Assembly: GCA_964390265.1 (NCBI GenBank)
Contig: CAYMHI010000004.1
Span: forward strand, 922 to 64,921
Reading direction: 5' to 3'
Length of the DNA stretch: 64,000 nucleotides
DNA from: an uncultured Candidatus Saccharibacteria bacterium
GTDB lineage: Bacteria; Patescibacteriota; Saccharimonadia; CAILAD01; BJGX01
The notes beneath the pieces are model-generated. The model was not told the origin of the DNA, did not search any database, and worked only from the letters and a program-made list of their open reading frames with translations. Made by a program: the position numbers and the translations under genes. This document shows, one piece after another, positions 8,690 to 18,907 of this stretch. Position 1 is the first letter of the stretch, and each line of letters begins with the position of its first letter.

Positions 8690-10756
8690 TTATATATCCA
8701 GGTTCTCAACTGATTTGGCGTGGGTTTGAATAAAGTTCTTGCGTAGAGCAACTTCTTCGCCCATTAGTTTATTAAATATAGCATCGGCTTTTTCTGCATC
8801 TGCAACAGTTACTTTTAGTAAAATTCGGTGTGCAGGATCCATGGTAGTTTCCCAAAGTTGGTCGGCGTTCATTTCGCCCAAACCTTTATAACGCTGAATA
8901 TTAAGTCCGCTAATTTTTTGAGTGTCGTTGGCCGCATCTACTTCACTTTGATCCTCACTATCTAGAGCTAGTTCGGCAAGTTCTTCGGCTGTTTCAATGT
9001 CTTTTTTGATATCTTGAGCTACACTTTTAGAAGATTTGTCTTTGGACGATTTTAAATCGTCGCTATGAGCCTGCCACTGACTGATAATTTCGTCACGTTG
9101 TTCATCTGAATAAGCATACTGCGATTTTTTACCTTTGCTAATCTTATAAAGAGGGGGCTGGGCAATATATATTTTTCCAGCATCTACCAAGTCGATAAAA
9201 TGACGGTAGAAGAAAGTTAATAGCAGGGTACGAATATGGGCACCGTCTACATCTGCATCGGTCATGATTATAATACGATGATAGCGCAATTTAGAGATAT
9301 CGAAGGTTTCGCCTATGCCAGTACCCATTGCAATAATTAAGTTTTTTACTTCATTATTTGCTAGCATCTTATCTAGCCGTGCTCTTTCAACGTTCAATAT
9401 TTTTCCTCTTAATGGCAATATTGCTTGAAATTCTCTATCACGTCCTTGCTTGGCAGACCCGCCGGCTGAGTCACCCTCTACTATATACACCTCGCTTTTT
9501 TCGGCATCTTTACTAGAACAGTCTGACAGCTTACCAGGCAGAGTCATGCCCTCTAGGGCACCTTTACGTATTACACTATCGCGTGCTGCTCGAGCAGCTA
9601 ATCTGGCTCGAGCCGATAGCACGCCTTTGCCAATTATTTTTCGAGCCTCATTGGGGTTTTCCTCTAAGTAGTAACTAAGGTACTCATTAAGAACTTTTTC
9701 AACCACCGTTCTAATCTCAGGGTTGCCCAGCTTACCCTTGGTTTGTCCTTCAAATTGAGGATCGGGTAATTTTACAGAAATAACCGCAGTCAAACCTTCG
9801 CGTACATCATCGCCAGTCAAATTCTCGTCTTTTTCTTTTATAAGGCCGTTTTTGCGGGCATAGTCGTTGACTACGCGCGTGAGCGCCGATCGAAAGCCTA
9901 CCACGTGAGTACCACCCTCAGAGTTGTAAATATTATTAGCAAATGCCTTTAGCTGCTCATTAAAACTATCGCAGTACTGTATTGCCAACTCTACATTAAC
10001 ATCCCCTACATTTTTATCTACATAAAAAGTCGGTTCATTAAGAGCCTCTTTGCCTTTGTTGAGATGCTCTACGTAGCTTCTGATACCACCCTCAAAATAA
10101 AAACCATAGCTTTTCTGCTTTGATTCATCTATCAAATTTACTCTAACCCCCTTAGTAAGATAAGCTTGATGACGCAGATAATCTAAAATGGTTTTGTAGC
10201 TAAATTGGATTGTTTCAAAGATACTATCATCAGGTAAAAATGATATAGTAGTACCTTTTTTGTCGGTTTTACCGATTTTTTTAATGTCGGTATTGGGTAC
10301 ACCATTTTTATATACCTGCTGATATTCGGTGCCGTCTTTATAAACAGTTGCCACCAAATCTGTAGACAACGCATTAACCACGCTCACGCCTACGCCGTGC
10401 AGACCACCCGATACTTTATAGCCACCACCACCAAATTTACCGCCTGCATGCAATACTGTAAGCACCGTCTCGAGAGCTGACTTACCGGTGGTTTTGTGTT
10501 TGTCTACTGGAATACCACGACCATTATCAGTACAGCTTACCCAACCGTTTTCATGCAGAACCACTTCTACCTCGTTGGCTTCACCGGCAATTGCCTCGTC
10601 TATGGAGTTGTTTACTAGCTCCCAGACTAGGTGGTGCAGACCTTCTGGGCCTGTGCCACCAATATACATACCGGGGCGTTTTCTGACCGGCTCTAGCCCT
10701 TCAAGAACTTGAATTTGCTCGGCTGAATATTGATCTTTAGCGGGCTTATTAGCCAT
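8690..10756 (-). CDS. gyrB: DNA gyrase subunit B
   Basis: GHKL ATPase motifs (LHAGGKFGGGGYKVSGGLHGVG), Toprim EGDSAGGSAKQGRDR, PLRGKILNVE. Confidence 0.97.
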   Translation of the reverse strand: MANKPAKDQYSAEQIQVLEGLEPVRKRPGMYIGGTGPEGLHHLVWELVNNSIDEAIAGEANEVEVVLHENGWVSCTDNGRGIPVDKHKTTGKSALETVLTVLHAGGKFGGGGYKVSGGLHGVGVSVVNALSTDLVATVYKDGTEYQQVYKNGVPNTDIKKIGKTDKKGTTISFLPDDSIFETIQFSYKTILDYLRHQAYLTKGVRVNLIDESKQKSYGFYFEGGIRSYVEHLNKGKEALNEPTFYVDKNVGDVNVELAIQYCDSFNEQLKAFANNIYNSEGGTHVVGFRSALTRVVNDYARKNGLIKEKDENLTGDDVREGLTAVISVKLPDPQFEGQTKGKLGNPEIRTVVEKVLNEYLSYYLEENPNEARKIIGKGVLSARARLAARAARDSVIRKGALEGMTLPGKLSDCSSKDAEKSEVYIVEGDSAGGSAKQGRDREFQAILPLRGKILNVERARLDKMLANNEVKNLIIAMGTGIGETFDISKLRYHRIIIMTDADVDGAHIRTLLLTFFYRHFIDLVDAGKIYIAQPPLYKISKGKKSQYAYSDEQRDEIISQWQAHSDDLKSSKDKSSKSVAQDIKKDIETAEELAELALDSEDQSEVDAANDTQKISGLNIQRYKGLGEMNADQLWETTMDPAHRILLKVTVADAEKADAIFNKLMGEEVALRKNFIQTHAKSVENLDI

Positions 10757-10965
10757 ATTTAAAGCAGGTCCCCTCTATAAATTATTAGTTAATATAATGA
10801 TTTTACATTTAATCAAAAACAAAAGACAAGTACTAATTTATATTATAATTTATTACTTATACTTAATACTTATTATAGGTGACTAACAGGTTAAAAACAA
10901 GCCTTTATAAAGAATATTTTATGCGTAGATCAAATAGTCTTAGGCTATAGTAAAATCATAAACTT

Positions 10966-11304
10966 CTACTCAATTTCGGCCTGAATACCACCAAATTTAT
11001 TTGACGCTAGGTTGTATAAGGCAGCAGTTATAAGCCCGCCAATAAGTCCTATCAGTGCGTAAAAACCAACGATTAACGCACCAACTAATAAGCCGCCAAA
11101 CAGTCCTCCAAACAACCCCAGCACAATATTATTGTTACCGGCGCCAGCAGCAATTCCGATAAATAAAATTATCACTGCATACACTACGCCAAGTATAAGC
11201 CCCAACAATCCATATATAGCGGCCAAAATCTTAGCTACACTCATCGGTTCTAAATGTTTTATAGTTACTTTTCTAGCGTTTATTGTACTCATACATTTCA
11301 CCAT
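10966..11304 (-). CDS. small Gly-rich two-TM membrane protein (VirB2/pilin-like candidate)
   Basis: 112 aa; two long hydrophobic Gly/Ala/Leu-rich helices (GLFGGLFGGLLVGALIVGFYALIGLIGGLITAALYNL); last gene of the minus-strand module that starts with the VirB4-like ATPase. Confidence 0.45.
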   Translation of the reverse strand: MVKCMSTINARKVTIKHLEPMSVAKILAAIYGLLGLILGVVYAVIILFIGIAAGAGNNNIVLGLFGGLFGGLLVGALIVGFYALIGLIGGLITAALYNLASNKFGGIQAEIE

Positions 11305-11322
11305 TACCCTTGAGGGTACATA

Positions 11323-11928
11323 CTAAACATCTTCTGGACGATTAAATCTATGATAAATGAACTCAACAAGCATACCTAGTACAGCTCCCACTACTAGAAA
11401 CAGTATGAATGTCATATTCGGAATCACGTAGCCGTAGTAACGCGCACCAATATAGACAATTAATCCAAGGGTTAGCCCCACCACCGAGCCACCAATCAAT
11501 AGAGAAGGACGCATTACTGTCTTACTAGCTACATCGCTAACTTTTTCGACTACCGGATTGTGAACAAACTTTGAAAACGTTCTTGATCGTTTTGGCAATT
11601 GAGCTTGAACTTTCTTAATTTCTTTCTTGTAAACAGCTTTTTTCTCAGCTGCAGTGTAGCTTTCAGGTTTTTTAGCCTCTAGCTCATGCGGTTTGTGCTT
11701 CTCGTGTGACTGTTTGTCTTTATCGGCCTCTGGTTTGAGTTTGAGTTTTTCTTTTTCAGCCTTAAGTACTTTCTCAGCCACGTGGCCCTTGTGCTCTAAC
11801 TCGCTTTTTTTATGGCTTAGCTCAGCTTTATTTGGTTTGGCTTCTTTACGCTTGACTGGCTCAATATCTTTTAGATTGGGCTTTTCAGCACTTGATCCCG
11901 GGTGTTTTTCAATATTTTTTTCAGACAT
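11323..11928 (-). CDS. Lys/Glu-rich protein with C-terminal two-TM anchor
   Basis: Highly charged N-terminal 130 aa (KHKPHELEAKKPESY...), then two TM helices; its start overlaps the stop of the upstream LPXTG gene by 8 nt (translational coupling). Confidence 0.5.
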   Translation of the reverse strand: MSEKNIEKHPGSSAEKPNLKDIEPVKRKEAKPNKAELSHKKSELEHKGHVAEKVLKAEKEKLKLKPEADKDKQSHEKHKPHELEAKKPESYTAAEKKAVYKKEIKKVQAQLPKRSRTFSKFVHNPVVEKVSDVASKTVMRPSLLIGGSVVGLTLGLIVYIGARYYGYVIPNMTFILFLVVGAVLGMLVEFIYHRFNRPEDV

Positions 11929-14266
11929 AAGGGGTTACTCCATCACTTAATGTTTCGACAAGCTCAATTTCTCTTTTTAATAGACGATTTCTAAAGTACA
12001 GATATAGTGAGCTCGCAGCGAAGAATCCAATGAATAGTAGAGGTATAGCTTCTGAGCCAGTCTGAGGCAGCACACCACTCACCATAGTTGTAACAATATT
12101 TGCGCTACACTCAATTCGTTTGGCCGGATTAACATACAATGGAGTCTTTACTAGTTTGCCAAAGAATTCGTCTTGAACCATACAGTCATAATTAGTCGAA
12201 TCGGTAGGCTTATGTGCTATGGTTGGTAGCGGATTTTTTAGAGCTACAGTAAACTCTTTGGATACAAATACCGGGTTGCCATCAACAGGAGAAGGCGGCA
12301 CATCTACAGCTGGCCATATTAATATAGATTGTCCGTCTCGCTGTTCTAATCTAGCTCCACCTGCATCAACCAGGTCGGCATACTCCAGAATGTCAGAAAT
12401 ATTATCCTGAAAAACGAAACCTGTAATTGTAGTGGCGCCGGTATTGCTCATACCTATAGTGTAAGTAAGTTTGTCGCCGCCCCTGGCACGAACATTGTTG
12501 GCATCGGTAGGTTTGCCATCACTAGTAAGGAGGGTAATGTTTCTAACAGTTTTTTGGAATAGCTGGTTTTCAACAGTAATTGTGGCTGTGCAAGTATCGT
12601 TGGAAGATGTTGCATCATTATCGTTAGCCACAACTACAACCGTAGCTGTATAGCGGCCACCGTTATTGTAGGTATGTTGTACAGCCTGCGATAGTTGATT
12701 AGATTGTACGGTCTGCCTATTACCGTCACCAAAGTCAAACCGGTACTCTTTAATAGTAGTATTTTCTGCACTAGATTGTGCCGTCAATGTAGTGATGAGT
12801 GGTGTTGATACCGAACTATTAGGGTTGGCGGTTAGTCTTATGCAACTAAATAACTTGGCGGGTTCTTCACATCTAGGGTCGCCTTGAGGTATACCTGGTC
12901 TACACTCATTAACACCTGTTACAGTAAACGGAGCCCAACAATCTTTAGTGTCTGCAACGGCAACATTATTTTGGTTGTAAACTCTCAATGTAATAAGATA
13001 GTTGCCTGGTTCAGTTCGTCTAAACGAATCGGCATTAAATGATACTGGTGGTTCTCCTACAGGGTCGCGCAGAGTAGTATTAGCATGAACAATCTTGGCC
13101 ACCCCAGGTACAGGTAGGTAGAACTTACCATTCATTTTTATAGTTTGCGCTGTTTCATTTGGAGTCTCTTTGTATAGAGTGTATTCGTATTTGCTTGGTC
13201 TAGGATCAGCACCGGAACCTTCGGTTACTTCAGCTTTGCCGGTCAATACCGGTGTAAATGGTGCCACGCCAGTTGAGCTACCCATTTTAAGGTCTTTACA
13301 TACTAGATCTTTTGGTGCGGCTTTAGGCTGCACCACAATAGTCATCGCACAATTACCGTTGGCGCTACCTGGTGCAATTACTGAAGTTCCACCACTGTTG
13401 TATGAGACCCATAGCCGCACTACAAATGTTCCGGCTTGGTTGAAGGTAAAGTTGCGTACATTAGGGTCTTTAAAATAGCCCGTAGGATTATCGCTAATTC
13501 CATCGGCACGCTTTAGCTCGCCGACCAGCTGACCCAAAGCAGTACCGTCTGGTTTGTAAACACCATAGGCCATATTTACTTTTTCACCAGTAGATACATT
13601 ACTGCCTTTGGCGTAACCTCTATAGCCAACTTCAGCGCCAACTTTTACCGGGCCTGGATTAGTAGCATTTAAATTGTCGCAGATGATTACTTTGGCTGGT
13701 GCTGGTGGGGAGGTAGGTCGTAAAATAATATTGCCACAATCTAGCGCCACACCCCATTCATACCACTGACCAGTAGAAGTATCTTGAATTTTATCTTTGC
13801 CTAATATTACACTCAGACAGCTAGTGTTCCAGCGAGACTCGGCTGGCCCTATATAAATTCCAGGTTGAAACTGAGTAGATCCCCCAAAATTTTCCCTACC
13901 CATCGATAGCCAGCCCTGACCCTTACAGGCCGATCCGGTTGAAGCAGCCTGCATCTTGGCTTGGGTGATCTGCAAACGATTAAATACCTGTTGAATACCA
14001 CCTGGATTTTGGTTCCATACTTTGCTAATTAGAGATGATTTGGTAAATGGCCCGCCCGAGATTAGATCGTTGGCTGAAGATGCATAGCTTGGTTTTGGGG
14101 GAGCTACAAAGGTAATAAACTGAAACAGCAACATACCAATCATTAATACTGCAGCTAGTCGCCTGGTGGCCGTTTCTTTAGATAGTCGTTTAGCATAAAA
14201 CAAAACCTTACTTTTCGATAATGCTCCTGTCGAAAAGCCCGTTACTACATCTCTAAAGTTTTTCAT
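11921..14266 (-). CDS. LPXTG-anchored cell-wall surface protein (sortase substrate)
   Basis: N-terminal signal anchor. Canonical C-terminal sorting signal LPQTGSEAIPLLFIGFFAASSLYLYF-RNRLLKR. Large beta-rich extracellular region with Cys pairs. Confidence 0.7.
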   Translation of the reverse strand: MKNFRDVVTGFSTGALSKSKVLFYAKRLSKETATRRLAAVLMIGMLLFQFITFVAPPKPSYASSANDLISGGPFTKSSLISKVWNQNPGGIQQVFNRLQITQAKMQAASTGSACKGQGWLSMGRENFGGSTQFQPGIYIGPAESRWNTSCLSVILGKDKIQDTSTGQWYEWGVALDCGNIILRPTSPPAPAKVIICDNLNATNPGPVKVGAEVGYRGYAKGSNVSTGEKVNMAYGVYKPDGTALGQLVGELKRADGISDNPTGYFKDPNVRNFTFNQAGTFVVRLWVSYNSGGTSVIAPGSANGNCAMTIVVQPKAAPKDLVCKDLKMGSSTGVAPFTPVLTGKAEVTEGSGADPRPSKYEYTLYKETPNETAQTIKMNGKFYLPVPGVAKIVHANTTLRDPVGEPPVSFNADSFRRTEPGNYLITLRVYNQNNVAVADTKDCWAPFTVTGVNECRPGIPQGDPRCEEPAKLFSCIRLTANPNSSVSTPLITTLTAQSSAENTTIKEYRFDFGDGNRQTVQSNQLSQAVQHTYNNGGRYTATVVVVANDNDATSSNDTCTATITVENQLFQKTVRNITLLTSDGKPTDANNVRARGGDKLTYTIGMSNTGATTITGFVFQDNISDILEYADLVDAGGARLEQRDGQSILIWPAVDVPPSPVDGNPVFVSKEFTVALKNPLPTIAHKPTDSTNYDCMVQDEFFGKLVKTPLYVNPAKRIECSANIVTTMVSGVLPQTGSEAIPLLFIGFFAASSLYLYFRNRLLKREIELVETLSDGVTPYV

Positions 14267-14372
14267 TTTTGTATTCCCCGCCTTAGCTTATATTATGTTA
14301 TTTAACTGCATTATAATATAAAGTGAAGCATAAGCGCAAGCATTTGTTGTTACTTTATTTTTAATACAGTAT

Positions 14373-16874
14373 TTAGCCCACTCGGGAAGGTTGTGGCTCA
14401 GTAGATGTGGCACTTTTTGAGCTACTAATAGCATCGAGGCTGGCTGCTACTTCAGCTTCCACCTCAGCTTTTGGTCGGCTATACTTGCTTCGCGACAGAT
14501 CACGCATAGCAGTTTGAAGCTCAGTATTAATAATTTCTTTATCTACCGGAGGGTAACCACGCATAGAAAATGGAGTTACTGGCTTACCATTAGCAATTAT
14601 TTTGGCGACCGCATAATGATTGGGTATATTGGCAATATCACTAGCGCTAAACTGTGGTTCAAATTGCTTGGCAAGGTACTCGGCATCATCGTTACCGACT
14701 CTATGAATTATCATACTACCTACGTTTCCAAACACGGCGTCGCGTATTTGCTCATCAATTTGCTCAATGTATTGATTAGCCACGGTCAAATTAAAGTGGT
14801 ATTTTCTAGCCTCAGACAATATAGTTGCAAAACTGTCAGTAGCAATATTTTGAAACTCATCTACATATAACCCAAAATCAACACGTTCATGCTCTGGTAT
14901 GTCAGCCCTACTCATAGCTGCTACCTGCAGCTTAATAACAAATATCATGCCTAATAACTTGGCATTCAATTCACCCATAAGGCCTTTACTAAGGTTTACT
15001 ATTAATATTTTATTGTTGTCCATAATGTCGCGAAAGTTGAGAGCCGATTTCTTTTGGCCAATAATATTTCGAAGCATTTCGTTATTGGCTACTGCACCAA
15101 ATTTTGAAGCAAAATAACCCAACATATCAGACTTAGTGCGCGCATCGGTTTGGGCCATTTCGTTTGTCCAAAAAGCTTGTACGGTTGGGTCGGTCAGATA
15201 CTTAAATTTTTTCTTCAGATATTCATCGTCGGTAAATACCCTAGGAACCTCAATATATGAGCCACCCTCAGGATCAGCCATAACCGTCAAAGCGGCATTT
15301 CTAAACCAGTTTTCAAACTGCGGCCCTATCATGCCCTGATGCTGAGGGTCGTATAGCTTATAAAGCATGCTTATTATTTCTTGTACTATAAAGTCTTTTT
15401 GTTCAGGCTTATTGTGATCGTACTCCATAATATTGAGACCCATTGGGTATTCGGTATCGCCAGGTGAAAAATAGATAACGTCTTCAGCACGATTGGCCGG
15501 AATACGACCTAGCAGTCGCTCGGCTTCATCTCCGTTAGGATCAATAAAACAGAAGCCTCGGCCTTCTTTGGCGTCTTGAATCATCAAGTTAGTAAGCAAT
15601 ACAGACTTACCAGTACCAGTTTGTCCAATTATATATATGTGTCTGCGCTTATCATCTTTGGTCAAATATATTGGCGTTTCGTGACCGCCAAAAATATTTA
15701 GGCCAATTCGCATGCCTTCGGTCGGTAAACCAGCTGGGGCAGCCACTTCCTTGGCGGCTTTTCTTTCGATATTAACTGCCGAGCCTACTACTTCGCTTGG
15801 CAAGTGGAATATTGTGGCTAGCTCAACCGAATTCAAAACCAAATCATTCTGGCTGGCCGGGAAAAATCTAAATATAAAATCAGTAGCAACTTTTTGGGGT
15901 TCTTTAGCACTTTTGTATTTAAAACTATTAGCGCCACCTTGACTTAGCTGTGCAAATCCCAAATTAATATCTTGAATAATTACTTTTGACCTTATAGGAT
16001 CATCAGAGCTGGCAATTATTCTTATGCAAGTCTCAAAAGCTGGCGATTTGGCTTTTTGCTCAATCAACTCCGATTTTTTCTGGTCAATTGCATCTGGTTG
16101 TTTGTCGGGTTTGTTCTTGTTGTCAACATCGTCTTTTCTTTTAAAAGGAGCTTTAGCTACATAGCCGGCAAACTCCATTGCCTTACCGGCACCACTATCG
16201 TCTTTTTTATTAGGATCAAGCACCTGTTTAGCTCGCTTTATAGCTTGTTTGGCCCAGTCAGAGCCAGCCGGCCGTATCATTAACTGAATGGCCGCACCTT
16301 CGTGATCTTCAAGATTAGACAGCCCTGCTAACATTCCAGACAAAGCATCACTATCACTATCGCGGTAAGTGTTGATAGGTAAGTAACTCTCCTTGGCTAG
16401 TTGAAGCTCACCACCCTGTACCCCAGCGATTTTACTGGCTTTTGAGAATATATTAATATCTTCGGCTTTTTCTATTTGAATGCCCGTATAGGCCGATGTT
16501 AGCGATTTTTGCACCGCACTCAGTAGCGTTGCCGGCACAGCTATGTAGAAATTAATTTGTTTACCATCAGCGACTATCTCAAAACTAACATATTTTTTAC
16601 CATAAAATTTAGACTTGTCGGTCGCAATTCCCGAGAGCAGATTAAATACGCCCTCCGCTTTAGAAATGTTCTCTTTAATGAGCTCACGGGTATCTCTAGA
16701 CCCATCTTCGGCTTCCTGTGGCGGTAGCTTAACCAGAAGTGGTACCATTTTTAATGATCTTTCTATATCTTTACTACGCCGAGCAACACGTCGATACCAA
16801 AAAAACCCGATGGCACTTATCAGCGCCACAAAGGCCAACATTATTATCAACATAAACATTACAAACTGCGACAT
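14373..16874 (-). CDS. VirB4/TraC-family (AAA_10-like) secretion or conjugation ATPase with N-terminal TM segment
   Basis: 833 aa; N-terminal TM; mid-protein Walker A YIIGQTGTGKS; Walker B LYVDEF; EARKYHFNLTVANQ motif typical of the VirB4/VirD4/TraG clade. The Walker A position (~aa 418 of 833) favours VirB4 over VirD4. Confidence 0.55.
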   Translation of the reverse strand: MSQFVMFMLIIMLAFVALISAIGFFWYRRVARRSKDIERSLKMVPLLVKLPPQEAEDGSRDTRELIKENISKAEGVFNLLSGIATDKSKFYGKKYVSFEIVADGKQINFYIAVPATLLSAVQKSLTSAYTGIQIEKAEDINIFSKASKIAGVQGGELQLAKESYLPINTYRDSDSDALSGMLAGLSNLEDHEGAAIQLMIRPAGSDWAKQAIKRAKQVLDPNKKDDSGAGKAMEFAGYVAKAPFKRKDDVDNKNKPDKQPDAIDQKKSELIEQKAKSPAFETCIRIIASSDDPIRSKVIIQDINLGFAQLSQGGANSFKYKSAKEPQKVATDFIFRFFPASQNDLVLNSVELATIFHLPSEVVGSAVNIERKAAKEVAAPAGLPTEGMRIGLNIFGGHETPIYLTKDDKRRHIYIIGQTGTGKSVLLTNLMIQDAKEGRGFCFIDPNGDEAERLLGRIPANRAEDVIYFSPGDTEYPMGLNIMEYDHNKPEQKDFIVQEIISMLYKLYDPQHQGMIGPQFENWFRNAALTVMADPEGGSYIEVPRVFTDDEYLKKKFKYLTDPTVQAFWTNEMAQTDARTKSDMLGYFASKFGAVANNEMLRNIIGQKKSALNFRDIMDNNKILIVNLSKGLMGELNAKLLGMIFVIKLQVAAMSRADIPEHERVDFGLYVDEFQNIATDSFATILSEARKYHFNLTVANQYIEQIDEQIRDAVFGNVGSMIIHRVGNDDAEYLAKQFEPQFSASDIANIPNHYAVAKIIANGKPVTPFSMRGYPPVDKEIINTELQTAMRDLSRSKYSRPKAEVEAEVAASLDAISSSKSATSTEPQPSRVG

Positions 16875-16882
16875 ACTATCAC

Positions 16883-17338
16883 CTAATTAACATCTAAATT
16901 AAATCGTTTTTTTATATATACTCGGCTCATTTCGTGTTGATGCTCATCCTCTAGTGCTGGGTCGTCCTTATCTTGCTCTATCACATCTTCAGTCTTTTTT
17001 ACCCAAGACTTCTCAATCAAATCGACATCTTCGGCTGGTAACGACTCTAGCGTTTTTGCAAACATATCTCTAGCCGACTTGGCATCGGTGTGAACACTAC
17101 TGGCTTGTGTTGGAGCTGATTGAGAGAGGGTGGTCGAATTAGTCGCAGGTTGATTCGGTATTGGGTTTGGCGAAGTAGTTGCTTGAGGTGCAATTTCGGG
17201 ACGTGGAAGGTTAGGTTGTTGCTCGGTGGTATTTGCTACAGACTCATTAACTTGAGCTACCCCAGGACTAGGCTCAGCCACTGGTGACGCAGCCGGATAA
17301 AATGCATTATTTGGGTTGTGCACGTTAGGAGTATTCAT
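16883..17338 (-). CDS. Pro/Thr/Asn/Gln-rich low-complexity protein
   Basis: 151 aa, no TM; acidic C-terminal part; sits between the L,D-transpeptidase and the VirB4-like ATPase. Confidence 0.4.
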   Translation of the reverse strand: MNTPNVHNPNNAFYPAASPVAEPSPGVAQVNESVANTTEQQPNLPRPEIAPQATTSPNPIPNQPATNSTTLSQSAPTQASSVHTDAKSARDMFAKTLESLPAEDVDLIEKSWVKKTEDVIEQDKDDPALEDEHQHEMSRVYIKKRFNLDVN

Positions 17339-17371
17339 AATAATTATTATACCAGTTATGGTTGGTTCGGA

Positions 17372-18850
17372 CTAGCTGTGAATCCAAACTGGGGTACCAA
17401 TATTAACCCAACCGAATAAGAAAGCAGCCGAGCTTTTGGGCATATTAACACAACCATGACTTCCGCCATTAATATAGTCTTGGCCTCCAAAGCTAGATCG
17501 CCAATCAGCATCATGAAACCCTGCGCCCCCATTAAAGGGCATCCAATAATCGACAAACACGTTGTAACTCCATCCATACTGACTGCCATTTAGATAGCGA
17601 CTTCTTTGTTTAGAATAGATAGAGAATAGTCCTGTTTGAGTACCAAACCCATAGCCAGATGCTCCGCTTGTTACCGGAGTAGAGAAGATTACTTGATTGT
17701 CTTGATAAGCCCACAGGCGTTGTTGGCTCAAATTTACCTCTATATAAGTACCATAATCTATACCAGCTGTACGATTGGTTTCGGTTTTATAGGCCACCGG
17801 ACTGGCTGAAAGATTTACCGAGATATCTTTATTGTCTCTCAGGCCATTTACGATCGCGTCTATAGCTACCTGCTGGTTAATTGATCGGCCGTCTTTTCCT
17901 TCTTGTTCTACCGAAGATACGCCATTTCTAATATTGATCTTTTTATTAGTTGGCGCAATATTAATTTGGTTGGCAACACTCTGTACATAGCCAGATACCT
18001 GTTCTGGCGAAACACTAGCTTGCAAATGTAATTTACCATCACTACCAACAACCTCGCTAAAAACTATCATATGACCTATGGCGTTACTATCGGCGACATA
18101 TTTTTTACCTTCAAACTCCATAGATACCGATCTGGATAGTATTGTCTCAGCTTGGGTTTTTGCATCATTGGTGTCTGCAGCTAATATTTCAGCCTTCACG
18201 GTTTGGGGTTCTAAATATAAGTTCTGATCCTTTGCATCTTGCAAAGAAGTAGCGATTATTCTAGTCAAATATTTTTGATCTACTCTTAATCCGTCTTTAT
18301 CGGGGACAATTTGCACTATCCCGTTTTCAACCTTCAGTGTGGCATTTTGAGCCTTATAGCCTACCGATCCAATAATTGAATCGGTAAAACTTTTTAGCTT
18401 AACCAAGTCTACATCGTAAGCATAACCTATCTGACCCCTCTCGCCAATTGCTATTGTATTTAATAAAGCCAACGACTTACCGTGGCCCACCTGGTAGGCA
18501 GTATCGACAGTAGTTGGTATATCATAGCTAGCACCTAACTCATCGCTAGTAACAGTAAATACTTTTTCACCCACCTTAACAGTAAAAGTGCGTTGAAGCT
18601 TTTGACTATTTAAGTAATCAAGGGTTTCTTTTCTAGACAAAAAACTAACGTCATTGCCGGCTATCGACACTCCGGGCGCCATACGGCCCATAGTGGTGGC
18701 TGAAATAAATAGCTCTATAAAACAAAATATTAGTATCAAACTTATTATTAGAAAGTTTATTCTTGCAGTTTTGCTCGGCTTCATACCAGATTGAGACATA
18801 AATCTAGGTAAATGCAGCCAGTGCTTGTGCGGTTCGGTTTTATTTTTCAT
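17372..18850 (-). CDS. membrane-anchored L,D-transpeptidase (YkuD domain)
   Basis: N-terminal TM; C-terminal YkuD catalytic motif ...GGSHGCVNMPKSSAAFLFGWVNIGTPVWIHS (His/Cys active site). Confidence 0.7.
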   Translation of the reverse strand: MKNKTEPHKHWLHLPRFMSQSGMKPSKTARINFLIISLILIFCFIELFISATTMGRMAPGVSIAGNDVSFLSRKETLDYLNSQKLQRTFTVKVGEKVFTVTSDELGASYDIPTTVDTAYQVGHGKSLALLNTIAIGERGQIGYAYDVDLVKLKSFTDSIIGSVGYKAQNATLKVENGIVQIVPDKDGLRVDQKYLTRIIATSLQDAKDQNLYLEPQTVKAEILAADTNDAKTQAETILSRSVSMEFEGKKYVADSNAIGHMIVFSEVVGSDGKLHLQASVSPEQVSGYVQSVANQINIAPTNKKINIRNGVSSVEQEGKDGRSINQQVAIDAIVNGLRDNKDISVNLSASPVAYKTETNRTAGIDYGTYIEVNLSQQRLWAYQDNQVIFSTPVTSGASGYGFGTQTGLFSIYSKQRSRYLNGSQYGWSYNVFVDYWMPFNGGAGFHDADWRSSFGGQDYINGGSHGCVNMPKSSAAFLFGWVNIGTPVWIHS

Positions 18851-18907
18851 TTTTAGCGTAGGTTAATACACCAATTATATAACAATTGCTTATGCTTAAC
18901 CACCTTC

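Noticed and set aside
6956-10712. Short plus-strand ORFs inside gyrA and gyrB.
   Set aside because: They are opposite-strand shadows of highly conserved genes, with no RBS and no conservation.
17356-17589. 77-aa minus-strand ORF overlapping the 3' end of the L,D-transpeptidase gene.
   Set aside because: It lies in an alternate frame of the conserved YkuD catalytic region and is spurious.
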